NCBI RefSeq assembly: GCF_036365525.1
Contig: NC_090388.1
Coordinates: 68,256,258 to 68,320,257 of the forward strand
Length of the DNA stretch: 64,000 nt
Direction: 5' to 3'
Source: Heterodontus francisci
Taxonomy: Eukaryota
The position numbers were made by a program, and so were the translations under genes. Of this stretch, positions 33,901 through 45,118 are shown piece after piece. Under the pieces are notes generated by a model. That model saw only the letters and a program-made list of their open reading frames with translations. It made no database searches and was not told the DNA's origin. How positions within the stretch are numbered: position 1 is the stretch's first letter; each line of letters begins with the position of its first letter.

Positions 33901-35509
33901 TGTTGAGACATCATCCATTGATCACCATGATTCCTCCTCAGTCTCTCCCTCTGCAATTGTTCATGTGTTAGAAGACAAATTGCGTGTATGAGACTCACAT
34001 CTTTGCAGCTTTTCAATTGTTGAGATGAGAAGAGTGTTGTAAAACCGTCCTCCTGCCATTCAGCTGAACCATGAAAGCTATGAGTAGCTCGCTGTTATGT
34101 GCCTTACATTTACATGTAGCAGGCGATCCCACCCACTATCATTTGTCTTCTCCCAAACAACTTGCATTCCTTGATTGGACGCAGGGTTTGTATTCTTCTT
34201 CCAGAAAATATTGCGTGTGCGATACCAGGCAAGTTTGCCCACCTTGCAACCTCCTCCTGCCACCTTCCAGCCTGCACCCATCACCCTTGACCCACCCAAC
34301 TTAACCTTCACCCTTCCCCCTATTACCATAGAACCTGCCCCCATTAGCATGGACCAGCTCATCATCAATTTACACAGGCCACCCGTCCCTACTCCCTTCA
34401 CCATCCAACTGCCAACTCTCACCCTTGAACCTCCAAGAATCCACCTTGATATAGTTACAGATTCCCAATCCCCTCCCTATGATGACCTTGAATACCCAAT
34501 CCCAAGTCCTGATCTCCCCACCCCCCACCCCGCCATATACAATTGCCCCCTGTGAGTGTGACCATACCTCCTGCCAGCCAATACCCTGATGTGGACACCC
34601 AGGACTCTGATGGTGACAGCGATCATTCCTCCTTTTAGGCCTCTCGTGACCATCAGTTTTCTGACAGGAACATATCAATCCGCCACCCCCTGCAACCGCA
34701 CACAGCCAGCCTCATCGTCAAAATCAGCCACTACACACCCTGGACTCTGCCCTCCTCCCTCCCCTGCTCCTCCATGCACCCGAGACCCCGCCCTGTTCTC
34801 CCTTCCTCCTCCTCCATGCATCCCATCCTTCCCTTCTTGACTACTCTCCTCGCTCCTTCCTGCACCCGAAACCCCACCCTGTCCTCCCCTCCTCCCCCCC
34901 CAGCTCCTCCATGCACCCGTCCTCCCCTCCTCCCTTCCCAGCAACACTCTGCACCTGTGACCCCACCCTGTCCTCCTCCACTACCCTCCCCACTCCTCCA
35001 TGTAGCCCCCACCCATGCAATTGTCGCATCCCCTGAGATGATTCACCCTTGCTGGTGTCAAGCTTGGAGGTAAACATCCATTCCAATGCTATCGTTAGCT
35101 TAGCGGCTGAGTGAGAGGGAGAAGAGCACAGTGCTGAGACTCAACTGCACAAATCCAACTGTTGCACGCCACCTTGAAACATTCGTGAACCGGGTGGTAC
35201 GGGACTATTGCTCGCTGTTCAGTTAATCTGGCAGGTAGGACTAAATCTTAACTATGCTTAGGGTAATGAATATTCATGTCATGCAAATTAATGGAAAGCT
35301 GCAGTCTGCCGTCACACTGGGAGAACCCCGCAGCACTGCAAACTCGCCGAGTTAATTCCTCGAACATATACTGTCAGGAATCCAAAAAAAACACCTCCCG
35401 TCTAATTATATCTCCCCACATGCCACAAATGCACCATGGTGGACTGCATAAAACTCCCCCCAACATTTCAGGTCAATGACCTTTCAACAGAACTCATGCT
35501 GAAAAGTTT

Positions 35510-36655
35510 ATATAAATGTATGTTTAAGTAAAACAACAGAGGTCTCAGTACCGATCTGGCTTTGTGGAACACAGCTTCTTACCATTTGCTAACCTGTATA
35601 ACTACCTTTAACCCCTATTTTGTGTTTGCTGTTTTGTAGCCAGCAAATCCATTCTGCTGTTTGTCCCCTGACTCCACATGGTCAGACCTTAGTCATGAGT
35701 CTACTATATTGTGTTTTTTGAAGTCTACCTTATTGAAGGCTTTTTGGAAATCTATATATATTAACCTTTTTATCACTTCTGAAAAGAATTCAATAAGGTT
35801 AGTCAAGCACGAACTTCGCTTTTGAAATCTGTGCTGAGCATTCTTTATTATATTTTCAGTTTCGAGATGTTTTTCTATTACATCAAGGATTCCATTATCT
35901 TTCCTATTATCAATGTTAAGCTAATTGATCTATAGTTTCCTGGGCTTGTTCTTTCTCCCCTTTTTATGTATAGGAATCACATTAGCTGTGTCTCTGTTAT
36001 CTTCTTTTCCTGCGTGTGGATGCAATCCTCCAGTCTTATCCTCTCTAACTTTGTCAATTATCTCCAGCCTTTCTATCTTAAATGTCTATGTCCTTTTTGA
36101 TCTCTTCTTCTAATGTCATATTAGTTTTGCTGGCAAATATCAAGGTAAGGTTAATTATTTAATATTTCTGCCATTTCGTTGTCATTACCTGTGAGTTTAT
36201 TCTGTGCACCCTTTATTGGCCCCATAACTATCCTGATTTTTCTTGTTACTTATGTCACTGTAGAATACTTTACTATTTCTTTTTATATTCTTTGATAATT
36301 TAATTTTGTACTTTCTCTTTGCCTTCCTAATTGCTTTTAAAAAAAATCTTCTTTCCAAAACTTTTTGCATTCTCTTTTGCCATCCTTTCCTCTGTTGTTT
36401 ATGTATTTAGTACCTGCCTTTTTCTTTAGTTTCAATTTTGTCCTTATTTCTTTATTCCTCCGTGGTGTGTCATTACTGGCTAGTTTGTTCTTGCTTTTTA
36501 GTGGGATGTATTTCTCTTTCACATTATTAATCACCATTTTAAAGTTTCCCACTGCTGTTTCTATTCCTTTGTAACTTTTTTCCAATTTATTTCCTCTAGT
36601 TCCACTCTCATCCCCTTAAAATCAGTTTTTTTCAATTTATCACCATTATTTTAAT
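35510..36655 (-). mobile_element. old, heavily decayed CR1 ORF2 fragment
   Basis: Residual motifs on minus (EKYIPLK, NKEIR, DFQKAFNK, QHRF) within AT-rich decayed sequence. Confidence 0.6.
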
Positions 36656-37049
36656 AGAAAAGAAATATTTACATTTGCATTGTTTTACTTAAGAGTATCA
36701 GGTAGTTGACAGATTGACCTGTATAACTACATTTACATGTTACATACATAAAAACTTGAGTTTTTCTTTTCCTTTTCCAAATTTCTCTCCACCCCTCCTG
36801 ATTGGCCTTTCCAATTTTGGTTGGACAGCTTCCCGGAGATTTGATCACATGACCACCTACTTCCACCTGCCTCACTACCACACGCCTGCTACTGGTCATC
36901 CAACATGTCCATTCTCGTGGTGCAATGCCTCTCATACCAACTGGAAAGCAAATGGACTCTTCATTACCCAATTGGATCAACCAAACATTCATTTTTCCCA
37001 TCTCCAATATGTTCATAGCTAATGTACAAAAATGTTCAAAGAAAATGGG

Positions 37050-37495
37050 AGACTTGAAAGCTTTCAAGCTGGAATGGAGAGAGGGTCCCCCACTTAGGGT
37101 CTGCTCATGTCAGAGTCCAGTTGCTTCTCCTCTGCTGCAAACACTAGCTTAAAACCACAGATGGGGAGAGGCTGGTCACATGACAGTCACTCAGTGATTC
37201 CAATATAGCAGTTAGCAGTATTTCTCTGCTTGCTGAAAAGACCAGGTAGTTCCTTTAAATTTCCTGGGTCTTGGTTCTTGCTGGGAAATTAGCAGACATT
37301 TCATGTCCCTCCTCACAAGCACTGCAGTGTAAGATACAGTGTTGCAAATTAGGTGATCATCTTAAGTTGCCAACACTCATCAATTTTTAAAATGTTCTAT
37401 TTTTAAAAATGTCTTTTTTTGAAAAATATATAAATTCAAATCTCCAGTCAGTGGATAAAGAAAATTATCATTCAAAAAAGCACATTGGCATCACA
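37050..37495 (-). mobile_element. partial LTR, family B
   Basis: Its reverse complement aligns with 8623-9065. Confidence 0.8.
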
Positions 37496-37944
37496 ACACC
37501 TTTTCTCCTTTATTATTTCCATGAAAAAGGTCTTTTATAATGAAAGTCCATCCCCTGAACTTTCCCTCATTCCATACTGAAAGGTCAGTTCAGAAACAGA
37601 TTATCCCTTAATTTCGTAACAACTCCATTGAGAACAAAACTCTCAGATCACATTGCCAATTTCTAACGTTACAACAGAAATACTTTTTTTAACCAAAGAT
37701 GATAAGCCAGTAATTAAGAAAGCATTGTATTTAAAAGATTCTAATTTATGTTTGTTTCAGCTATCGAACTGCCTTTTCCTTTTTGCCAGATGAAGTTGAT
37801 GCTGCTTTGGAAAAGTATGTGCTGTGAGAGTGCATATCCCAGCTATTACCGAAATTAATTTGTCAAAGAATTCCTGTTTCCAATTGAGCAAATTTTATTT
37901 CTCCCATCCTTATTTGCCTCCTCCTTCTCCTCAATTTTCTCCTC

Positions 37945-38620
37945 ATTGTGCCAAAATTGTATAAAACCCTGGTTGGACCACTCATGCAAAAGCAAAGTAC
38001 TGGAGATGCTGGAAATCTGAAATAAAAACAGAAAATGCTGGAAATACTCAGCAGGTCTGGCAGCATCTATGGAGAGAGAAAAACAGTGTTAATGTTTCAG
38101 GTCTGTGACCTTTTATCAGAAAGGTTAGAACACATTTACCAGTACTGTGTATAGTTCTGGTCACCATGTTAAAAAAGAGGAGGGGCACTGAAGATGATAC
38201 AAGAAAGATTTGCAAGGATGATATCAGAAATGTGAGGTTATACGCATCAGGTTGGGCCTCTTTTCCCTGAAACCTGACAGAGGTCTTAAGTTATGAAAGG
38301 TTTTCATAGAGAAGACAAAGAGAAAGTGTTTCCGCTTCTGGGGGAAAAGCAAAACTGGAGGCCTTCAATATAAAATTGTCCCCAAGAATCAAATAGGGAA
38401 TTCAGAGAAACTTCTTTACTTAGAGAGTGGTGTGAATGTGGAAATTGCTATGACAGTGAGTGCATTTCAGTGGAGGCTAGATAATCAATGAGAGACAAAC
38501 GAACAGAGGGTTATGCTAATAATTAGATGAGGGAGGATGGGAGAAGGCTCAAGTGCAGTATAAATGCCAGCATGGACTGGTTGGATTAAATGCCTTTTTC
38601 TTGCTGTAAATTCTATGTTA
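37945..38620 (+). mobile_element. decayed CR1 3' fragment
   Basis: LYKTLV.PH...YCV.FWSP pattern and CR1 tail; interrupted at 37982-38122. Confidence 0.7.
37982..38122 (-). mobile_element. short Penelope-derived insertion
   Basis: Imperfect 11-bp TSD GGTTGGACCAC / GGTTAGAACAC; core CTGATAA-AAGGTC-ACA-GACCT-GAAAC on minus. Confidence 0.75.
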
Positions 38621-38796
38621 TGCTATGAGAGGCGTCCCATCCTTATATGCCTCCTCCTTCTCCTCAATTTCCTCCTCACCCACAGATAAGTGATGAGCAC
38701 CTTTGACCATCTTGACCTGTAATCCTTCTTTTAGAATTAGAACATTACAGCACAGTACAGGCCCTTTGGCCCTCGATGTTGCGCCGACCTGTGAAA

Positions 38797-40400
38797 TTCG
38801 ATTCACTCCGCGTGATATCAAGAAATGACTGAAGGCACTGGATACTGCAAAATCTATGGGCCCTGACAATATTCCGGCAATAGTACTGAAGACCTGTGCT
38901 GCAGAACTTGCCGCGCCCTAGCCAAGCTGTTCCAGTACAGCTACAACACTGGCATCTACCCTGCAATGTGGAAAATTGCCCAGGTATGTCCTGTGCACAA
39001 AAAGCAGGAAATGTCCAACCCGACCAATTACCGCCCCTTCAGCCTACTCTCAATCATCACTAATGTGATGGAAGGTGTCACCAACAGTGCCATCAAGCGG
39101 CACTTGCTTAGCAATAACCTGCTCAGTGACACTCAGTTTGGGTTCCACCAAGGCCACTCAGCTCCTGACCTCATTACAGCCTTGGTTCAAACATGGACAA
39201 AAGAGCTGAACTCAAGAGGTGAGGTGAGAGTGACTGCCCTTGACATCAAGGCAGCATTTGACCAAGTATGGCATCAAGGAGCCCCAGCAAAACTGAGGTC
39301 AATGGGAATCAGGGGGAAAACCCTCCGCTGGCTGGAGTCATACCTAGCGCAAAGGAAGATGGTTGTGGTTGTGGGAGGTCAATCATCTGAGCTCCAGGAC
39401 ATCACTTCAGGAGTTCCTCAGGGTAGTGTCCTAGGCCCAACCATCTTCAGCTGCTTCATCAGTGACCATTCTTCAATCATAAGGTCAGAAGTGGGGATGT
39501 TCGCTGATGAATGCACAATGTTCAGCAGCATTCGTGACTCCTCAGATACTGAAGCAGTCCATGTAGAAATGCAACAAGACCTGGACAATATCCAGGCTTG
39601 GGCTGATAAATGGCAACTAACATTCGCGCCACACAAGTGCCAGGCAATGACCATCTCCAACAAGAGAGAATCTAACCATCTCCCCTTGACATTCAACAGC
39701 ATTACATCGCTGAATCCCCCACTATCAACATTCTAGGGGCTACCATTGACCAGAAACTGAACTGGAGTAGCCATATAAATACCATGGCTACAAGAGCAGG
39801 TCAGAGGCTAGGAATCCTGAGGTGAGTAACTCACCTCCTGACTCCCCAAAGCCTGTCCACCATCTACAAGGCACAAGTTAGAAGTGTGATGGAATACTCT
39901 CCGCTTGTCTGGATGGGTGCAGCTCCAACAACACTCAAAAAGCTCGACACCATCCAGGACAAAGCAGCCCGCTTGATTGGCACCCCATCTACAAACATTC
40001 ACTCCCTCCACCACCGACACACAGTGGCAGCAGTGTGTACCATCTACAAGATGCATTGCAGCAATGCACCAAGGCTCCTTAGAGAGCACCTTCCAAACCC
40101 ACGACCTCTACCAATTGGAAGGACAAGGGCAGCAAATGCATGGGAACACCACTACCTGCAAGTTCCCCTCCAAGTCACACACCATTCTGACTTGGAACTG
40201 TATCGCCATTCCTTCACTGTCGCTGGGTCAAAATCCTGGAACTCCCTTCCTAACATCACTGTGGGTATACCTACCCCAAATGGACTGCAGCGGTTCAAGA
40301 AGGCAGCTCACCACCACCTTCTCAAGGGCAATTAGGGATGGGCAATAAATGCTGGCATAGCCAGCGACGCCCACATCCCATGAATGAATAAAAAAAAATA
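38797..40400 (+). mobile_element. CR1-superfamily LINE (second family), 5'-truncated RT
   Basis: ORF 38966..39736 contains ALDIKAAFD, SGVPQGSVLGP and MFADE; same 3' tail as 12700-12785. Confidence 0.92.
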
Positions 40401-41399
40401 TGCTGATCCTACAACAGCATGTAGTTGCTGCTGCAAATGGCATTGATCTTCCTGCAATGCTGTGAAACACAACCAAAGTGACTCCCATCCTGATTTTGAC
40501 AGTTTGAAACACTCCAAAGTTTTGAAAAAGCTGTATTTACACAAGGGCTCTCTGCCAAACATTTGTCAGAAGGAACTGAGACGCGAGTTGCAATAACTGA
40601 GCTTCTATTCAGATCCATAATCATAATTTTAAATACCCACCTGAATTGTGGTTGAATCTTGCCTCTGCTTCACTGGCAAGATTCACGAGCCTTGAAAAAC
40701 CCATGCTGGAGATGTAAAAGTTGAGCATCAGTGACATTCAATTCACTCACAGGCATCCAAATGCGCCTCTGTAAAACCATGTTGAAGCTGGGTTGCAGTA
40801 ATGATCCAAAAATCAATTATTTTAAATATCTACCTGTTTTGGGGGGCTAAGATTTCCCCAGGGTGTCGAGGAGAAAATAGGACTTTTCGATTGTTCTGTT
40901 GGTTAAAGCAGACAAGGAGAGGACTGTGTTTTCTTCCTTTTTGTCAACCCCTCTTCTACTGTTCTGGCCCCTTCTTCCTGGTTTCCCCTTTGCCTTGATT
41001 CTTCAGTCCCTGTTAGTCAATCGCTTCCCGTTCCTCATCCTAGTGCATCCTATCCAACCCAATTGCTGTTACTCATCTGCCGACCTCCTCACCTCCTGCT
41101 GCCCAGGTGCGAGTCACTCCTGAATTTGACTCAGGGCTTCCAGTTGTTCAGCTCTTGGGATCCACTGGATTCTCTATAGCAGTCATCCACACTGCCTTTA
41201 ACTCAATACAAAGCCTCCCTTTCTTCCCTTTTAAGAACTGCTCTATCCAAGTTCCTGTCTATTTTACCTTCCTCTGTTGATCACCACCGCCAACAACCAC
41301 CCCCCACCCCCACCCCAGCTTCATTTCAAAACAGCTCTTCTCGTTTTATTCTACCCATCCAGTGTGAATCAATCTTCAAAATGCCCACCTCCTAAAAAC

Positions 41400-42240
41400 T
41401 TAAGAACTAGGAGAAGGAATAGACCATATGGCTCCTCAGGCCTACTCTGCCATTTAAAACGACCATTGCTGACTCTCAGCCTCAGCTTCACTTTCCCGCT
41501 TGCTTCCCATATCCTTGGATTGCCTGGGAGACCAAAAATCTGTCTATCTCAGCCTTAAATATATTCAATGATGGAGCATACACAACCCTCTAGGGTAGAG
41601 AATTGCAAAGATTGGCAACCCTTTGAGTGAAGAAATTTCTCCTCATCTCAGTCCTAAATAATCGGCCCCTTGTCCTGAGGCTGTACCCCCGTGTTCTAGA
41701 TTCCCCAGCCAGCGGAAACAGCCTCTCAGTGTCTACCCTATCAAGCCTCTTCAGAATCTTGTATGTTTCAATGAGATCACCTCTCATTCTTCTAAACTTC
41801 ATAGAATAAGCATCCAATTTACTCAGCCTCTCATCATAGAACAACCCTCTCATCACAGGAACTAGTGAACCTTTGCTTTACCACCTCCAATGCAAGTATA
41901 TCCTTCCTTAAATATGGAGATCGAAACTGCGTACAGTACTCTAGGTGTGGTCTCACCAAAGCCCTGTACAATTGTAGCAAGAGTTCCCTATTATTGTACT
42001 CCAATCCCCTTGCAATAAAGACTAACATGCCATTTGCCTTGCTAGTTGCTTGCTGTACTTGCATGCTAACTTTGTGTCCCTTGTATGAGTGCACCCAAGT
42101 CCCTCTGAACAACATTTACAAGTTTCACACCTTTTAAAAAGTAGTCTGTTTTCTATTACTACCAAAGTGAATAACTTCACACTTCCCCACATTATACTGC
42201 ATTTGCCACCTTGTTGCCCACTCATTTAGCCTGTCTTCAC
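41400..42240 (-). mobile_element. CR1 LINE 3' fragment
   Basis: KANGMLVFIARGLEY...LYRALVRPHLEYC and RGDLIETYKI...RRNFFTQRV. Confidence 0.9.
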
Positions 42241-42399
42241 CCTCATCAGAACTGTCTCGCCCAACTATTCATTTCACCACATCACTTGTCAGAATCTATT
42301 GGCAACTGTCACATCTTGACCTCCACTCCTGGAGGAAATGAAGCTGCTCCCTTTCCAACACCTCCTCAAACTCTCAATTTTCCTCTCAGCTGAACACAC

Positions 42400-44130
42400 C
42401 CTCTACATTTGACTTGCTCTATTGTCCTTCAATCCCATTTCCAACTGGCCACAGCACCGACACTGCCTCATAAAAGTAATCAATTGGATCCTTTGTTACT
42501 GTGAATATGGTATCCTCTCCTTTCTTGTCCCCGTTGACCTCTCTGCACTATTTATTAACTTGTTCTTTCTCTACCATCTCTTCTATATCTCAACTTTCTG
42601 TCCACTTCCACTACATGGTTTCTCTCTTACCTATTCCAATAATCAGCAAAATTCATGTAATGGATTCCTTGGCCACATCTGGTGTGGCCCAAGACTCCAT
42701 CCTTGGTCCCATTCTTTACCTTGTCTACATGTTGGCCCTTGGCAACATCATTCATAGGCATGGGATTCGCTGTCACCTGTATGCCTTCATACACGTATGA
42801 TATCCAACTTCACTGTCTCTGTCACCACTCATGGTTCCTTAACCATCACTGTGCTGTCCAAACAAATAGATGATCTCAAGTTAGAGATGAGCAAGAATTT
42901 CCTTTAACACTGGCAAAATTGAAGTCATTGGGGGGAATTTTATGCTCTCCCCCACAATGGGTTTGGAGGCAGGGAACCAGGTAACAAATGGTGTCATTTT
43001 AGATGGGAATTGCCTGCCTCCTCTGAAATTTAGTAAGGGGCGGGGAGGCCTTTGAATGGCCTTCCCACCCCACTGCCAATTGAAGCCCTTAACTGGGTAA
43101 TTAACCCACAATTAAGGGCCTCTTCCCACCACAGCTGCAATTACCTAAGCGGTGGGTGGCCCTGTTGCCACACAGGAAGCATGGCATGAAAACCGTGCGG
43201 GCTGCTTCCCGGCTCCGGAGGGGGTGGAGTCCCTCGTTCCAAGGCACTTAGTGTCTGAATGAGGGATCCAACATCGGGAAGTGGGGGGGGGGGGCCCACT
43301 GAGGGCCAGTCCCCTGCCCTTGCTGCTGACCCCCATCCCACGAGACCCCTCCCACCTGACCTACCTGAAACCTGGGTCCAGTGGCAATCCTCAGCCTCCA
43401 GGACAGTCATCTCTAGCAGCAGCCACCGACCTCTGCCTGGCCAGCAGCTCTCCAGGGGCGAGACATTCGGTGATGTGGTCCTACATTCTATGGAAGGCCC
43501 GCCGCTGTGCACTTATGTGTCCGATTGGTACTAAATTCAGCAGGCCTTCTGGAAGAGGCGATGCGGGGATCTCGGCGTCGGTTTCCCCGACATCGAGACC
43601 CCACTACCAGCATAAAATTATCCCCATTGCATTCAATTCCCACCTAAAATGACACCACTTGTTACCTGGCTCTGTCCTGATTTCTATCATATCCCTAAGA
43701 TTAAGCCCAATGGTCCACAACCATGGTTTCCTATTTTGACTCAGCTGAGTTTCAAACTCCATATTCTTGACACAACAAAGACCATCTATTTCCACCTCCG
43801 CAGCATCGCTCACCTCTGCCTCCAAATTCACTCTCACTGAAATGCTCATCTATGCTTTCATCATCTCCAAAGTCACATTACTCCAGTTCTTTCCTTGCTA
43901 ACTTTCCTAGTTCTAACCCTTACAATTTGCAACTTGGTTGAAATCACTCGGACACTTTACTGAATCATCTTTGCCTTCCAACCCTTTTGCAAAACTTCCT
44001 CAAAACCTACCTCTTCAATCTTGCATTTCATCACCACCCCATTCCTTCCTCCCTACATTCCTTGGTGTTTTTTAAAAAAACCTTTGCTACGTACCTGGTG
44101 ACACTTTATCACTTTAAATATACTAGATGT
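42400..44130 (+). mobile_element. old L2 LINE RT fragment, interrupted by a MITE
   Basis: L.KV.N.IL..., VDLSA.F, SGVAQDSILGPILYLVYML.LGNII.RHG...HLYA, ..FL...KIEVI, ..FHLR.IA and LKTYLF are L2-type motifs. Confidence 0.7.
42930..43625. mobile_element. Harbinger/Tourist-type MITE
   Basis: TIRs GGGGGGAATTTTATGCT / AGCATAAAATTATCCCC with 3-bp TSD ATT/ATT; the TIR resembles the right end of 24956-35461. Confidence 0.85.
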
Positions 44131-44779
44131 GTAATTTATGGTTACTCAACTCTAGGGAAGTCTGTTGTTTATGTTGAGGCAGTTGTGTGATCATGATGTG
44201 TGTCATATTAAGTATTAGTACTGATTGCAATAACTCTTCACGAGTGTCTTTGATCCTTGGTGATGAAACACTTGATTGGAGATCCAGAGATCATATAAAA
44301 CGTGCTTTTAGTCTTTAATCTTTTGTTCAGTTCATTTTGTGGAATTGACACTTGGACTCCACGGGCTAACACAGGAATCATGCCAACTACATAGTTTCAC
44401 TTTGAGAAGTCTGTTGTGTAACAAACTGTGTAGGGAATAGGTTCTATAAAAAGGCATTTTAACTCCTTGTGGATTGATTCAATCTTTATTGTTTTTAAAT
44501 ATTGTGTCATTTGTGGCAGACGTTTTTATTTACTGCTTTGGTGCAATATCACAATTGTAAATTAATCTGCTAGTTGTAGCTTGACTGGAACTGTTTGATA
44601 GAGTGGTTAAAAGCACTTTAGGGAGTGAATGATAGGATACCCGCCACATTCTATATGCTCTCCAATGCATGTATCAAAGTTCAATGGTAATTATTCCCAT
44701 GGCACATTACCCCACTCCTGGCATTCATAAGGATGCAGAGGCTCCTGTGAATGGAAATAGTCTTATTGCTGTGATCACA

Positions 44780-45118
44780 GGCACAGTGGCGCAGTGGTTA
44801 GCACCGCAGCCTCACAGCTCCAGCGACCTGGGTTCAATTCCGGGTACTGCCTGTGTGGAGTTTGCAAGTTCTCCCTGTGTCTGCGTGGGTTTCCTCCGGT
44901 TTCCTCCCACATGCCAAAGACTTGCAGGTTGATAGGTAAATTGGCCATTAGAAATTGCCCCTAGTATAGGTAGGTGGTAGGGAAAATATAGGGACAGGTG
45001 GAGATGTGGTAGGAATATGGGATGTGTAGGATTAGTATAAATGGGTGATTAATGGTCGGCACAGACTTGGTGGGCCGAAGGGCCTGTTTCAGTGCTGTAT
45101 CTCTAAACTAAACTAAAA
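44780..45118 (+). mobile_element. tRNA-derived SINE (HE1/V-SINE type)
   Basis: A box TGGCGCAGTGG, B box GGTTCAATTCC, tail ending (CTAAA)n. Confidence 0.88.

Larger units (their letters stand above)
24956..35461 (-). mobile_element. PIF/Harbinger DNA transposon with split HARBI-type DDE transposase
   Basis: Termini GCGTGGAATGTTATG / CATAAAACTCCCCCC with AAG/AAC flanks; the interrupted host pLTR sequence rejoins across it. The transposase motifs [34 protein letters not shown]|P..LMTP, YN..HASTR..IE and CSALHNL are all present. Confidence 0.75.

Noticed and set aside
34175-35073. proline-rich ORFs
   Set aside because: C-rich low-complexity, internally repetitive segment inside the Harbinger element.
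44780-44850. tRNA gene
   Set aside because: The A/B boxes belong to a SINE head that continues into SINE body and tail; the same applies at 6520-6590.
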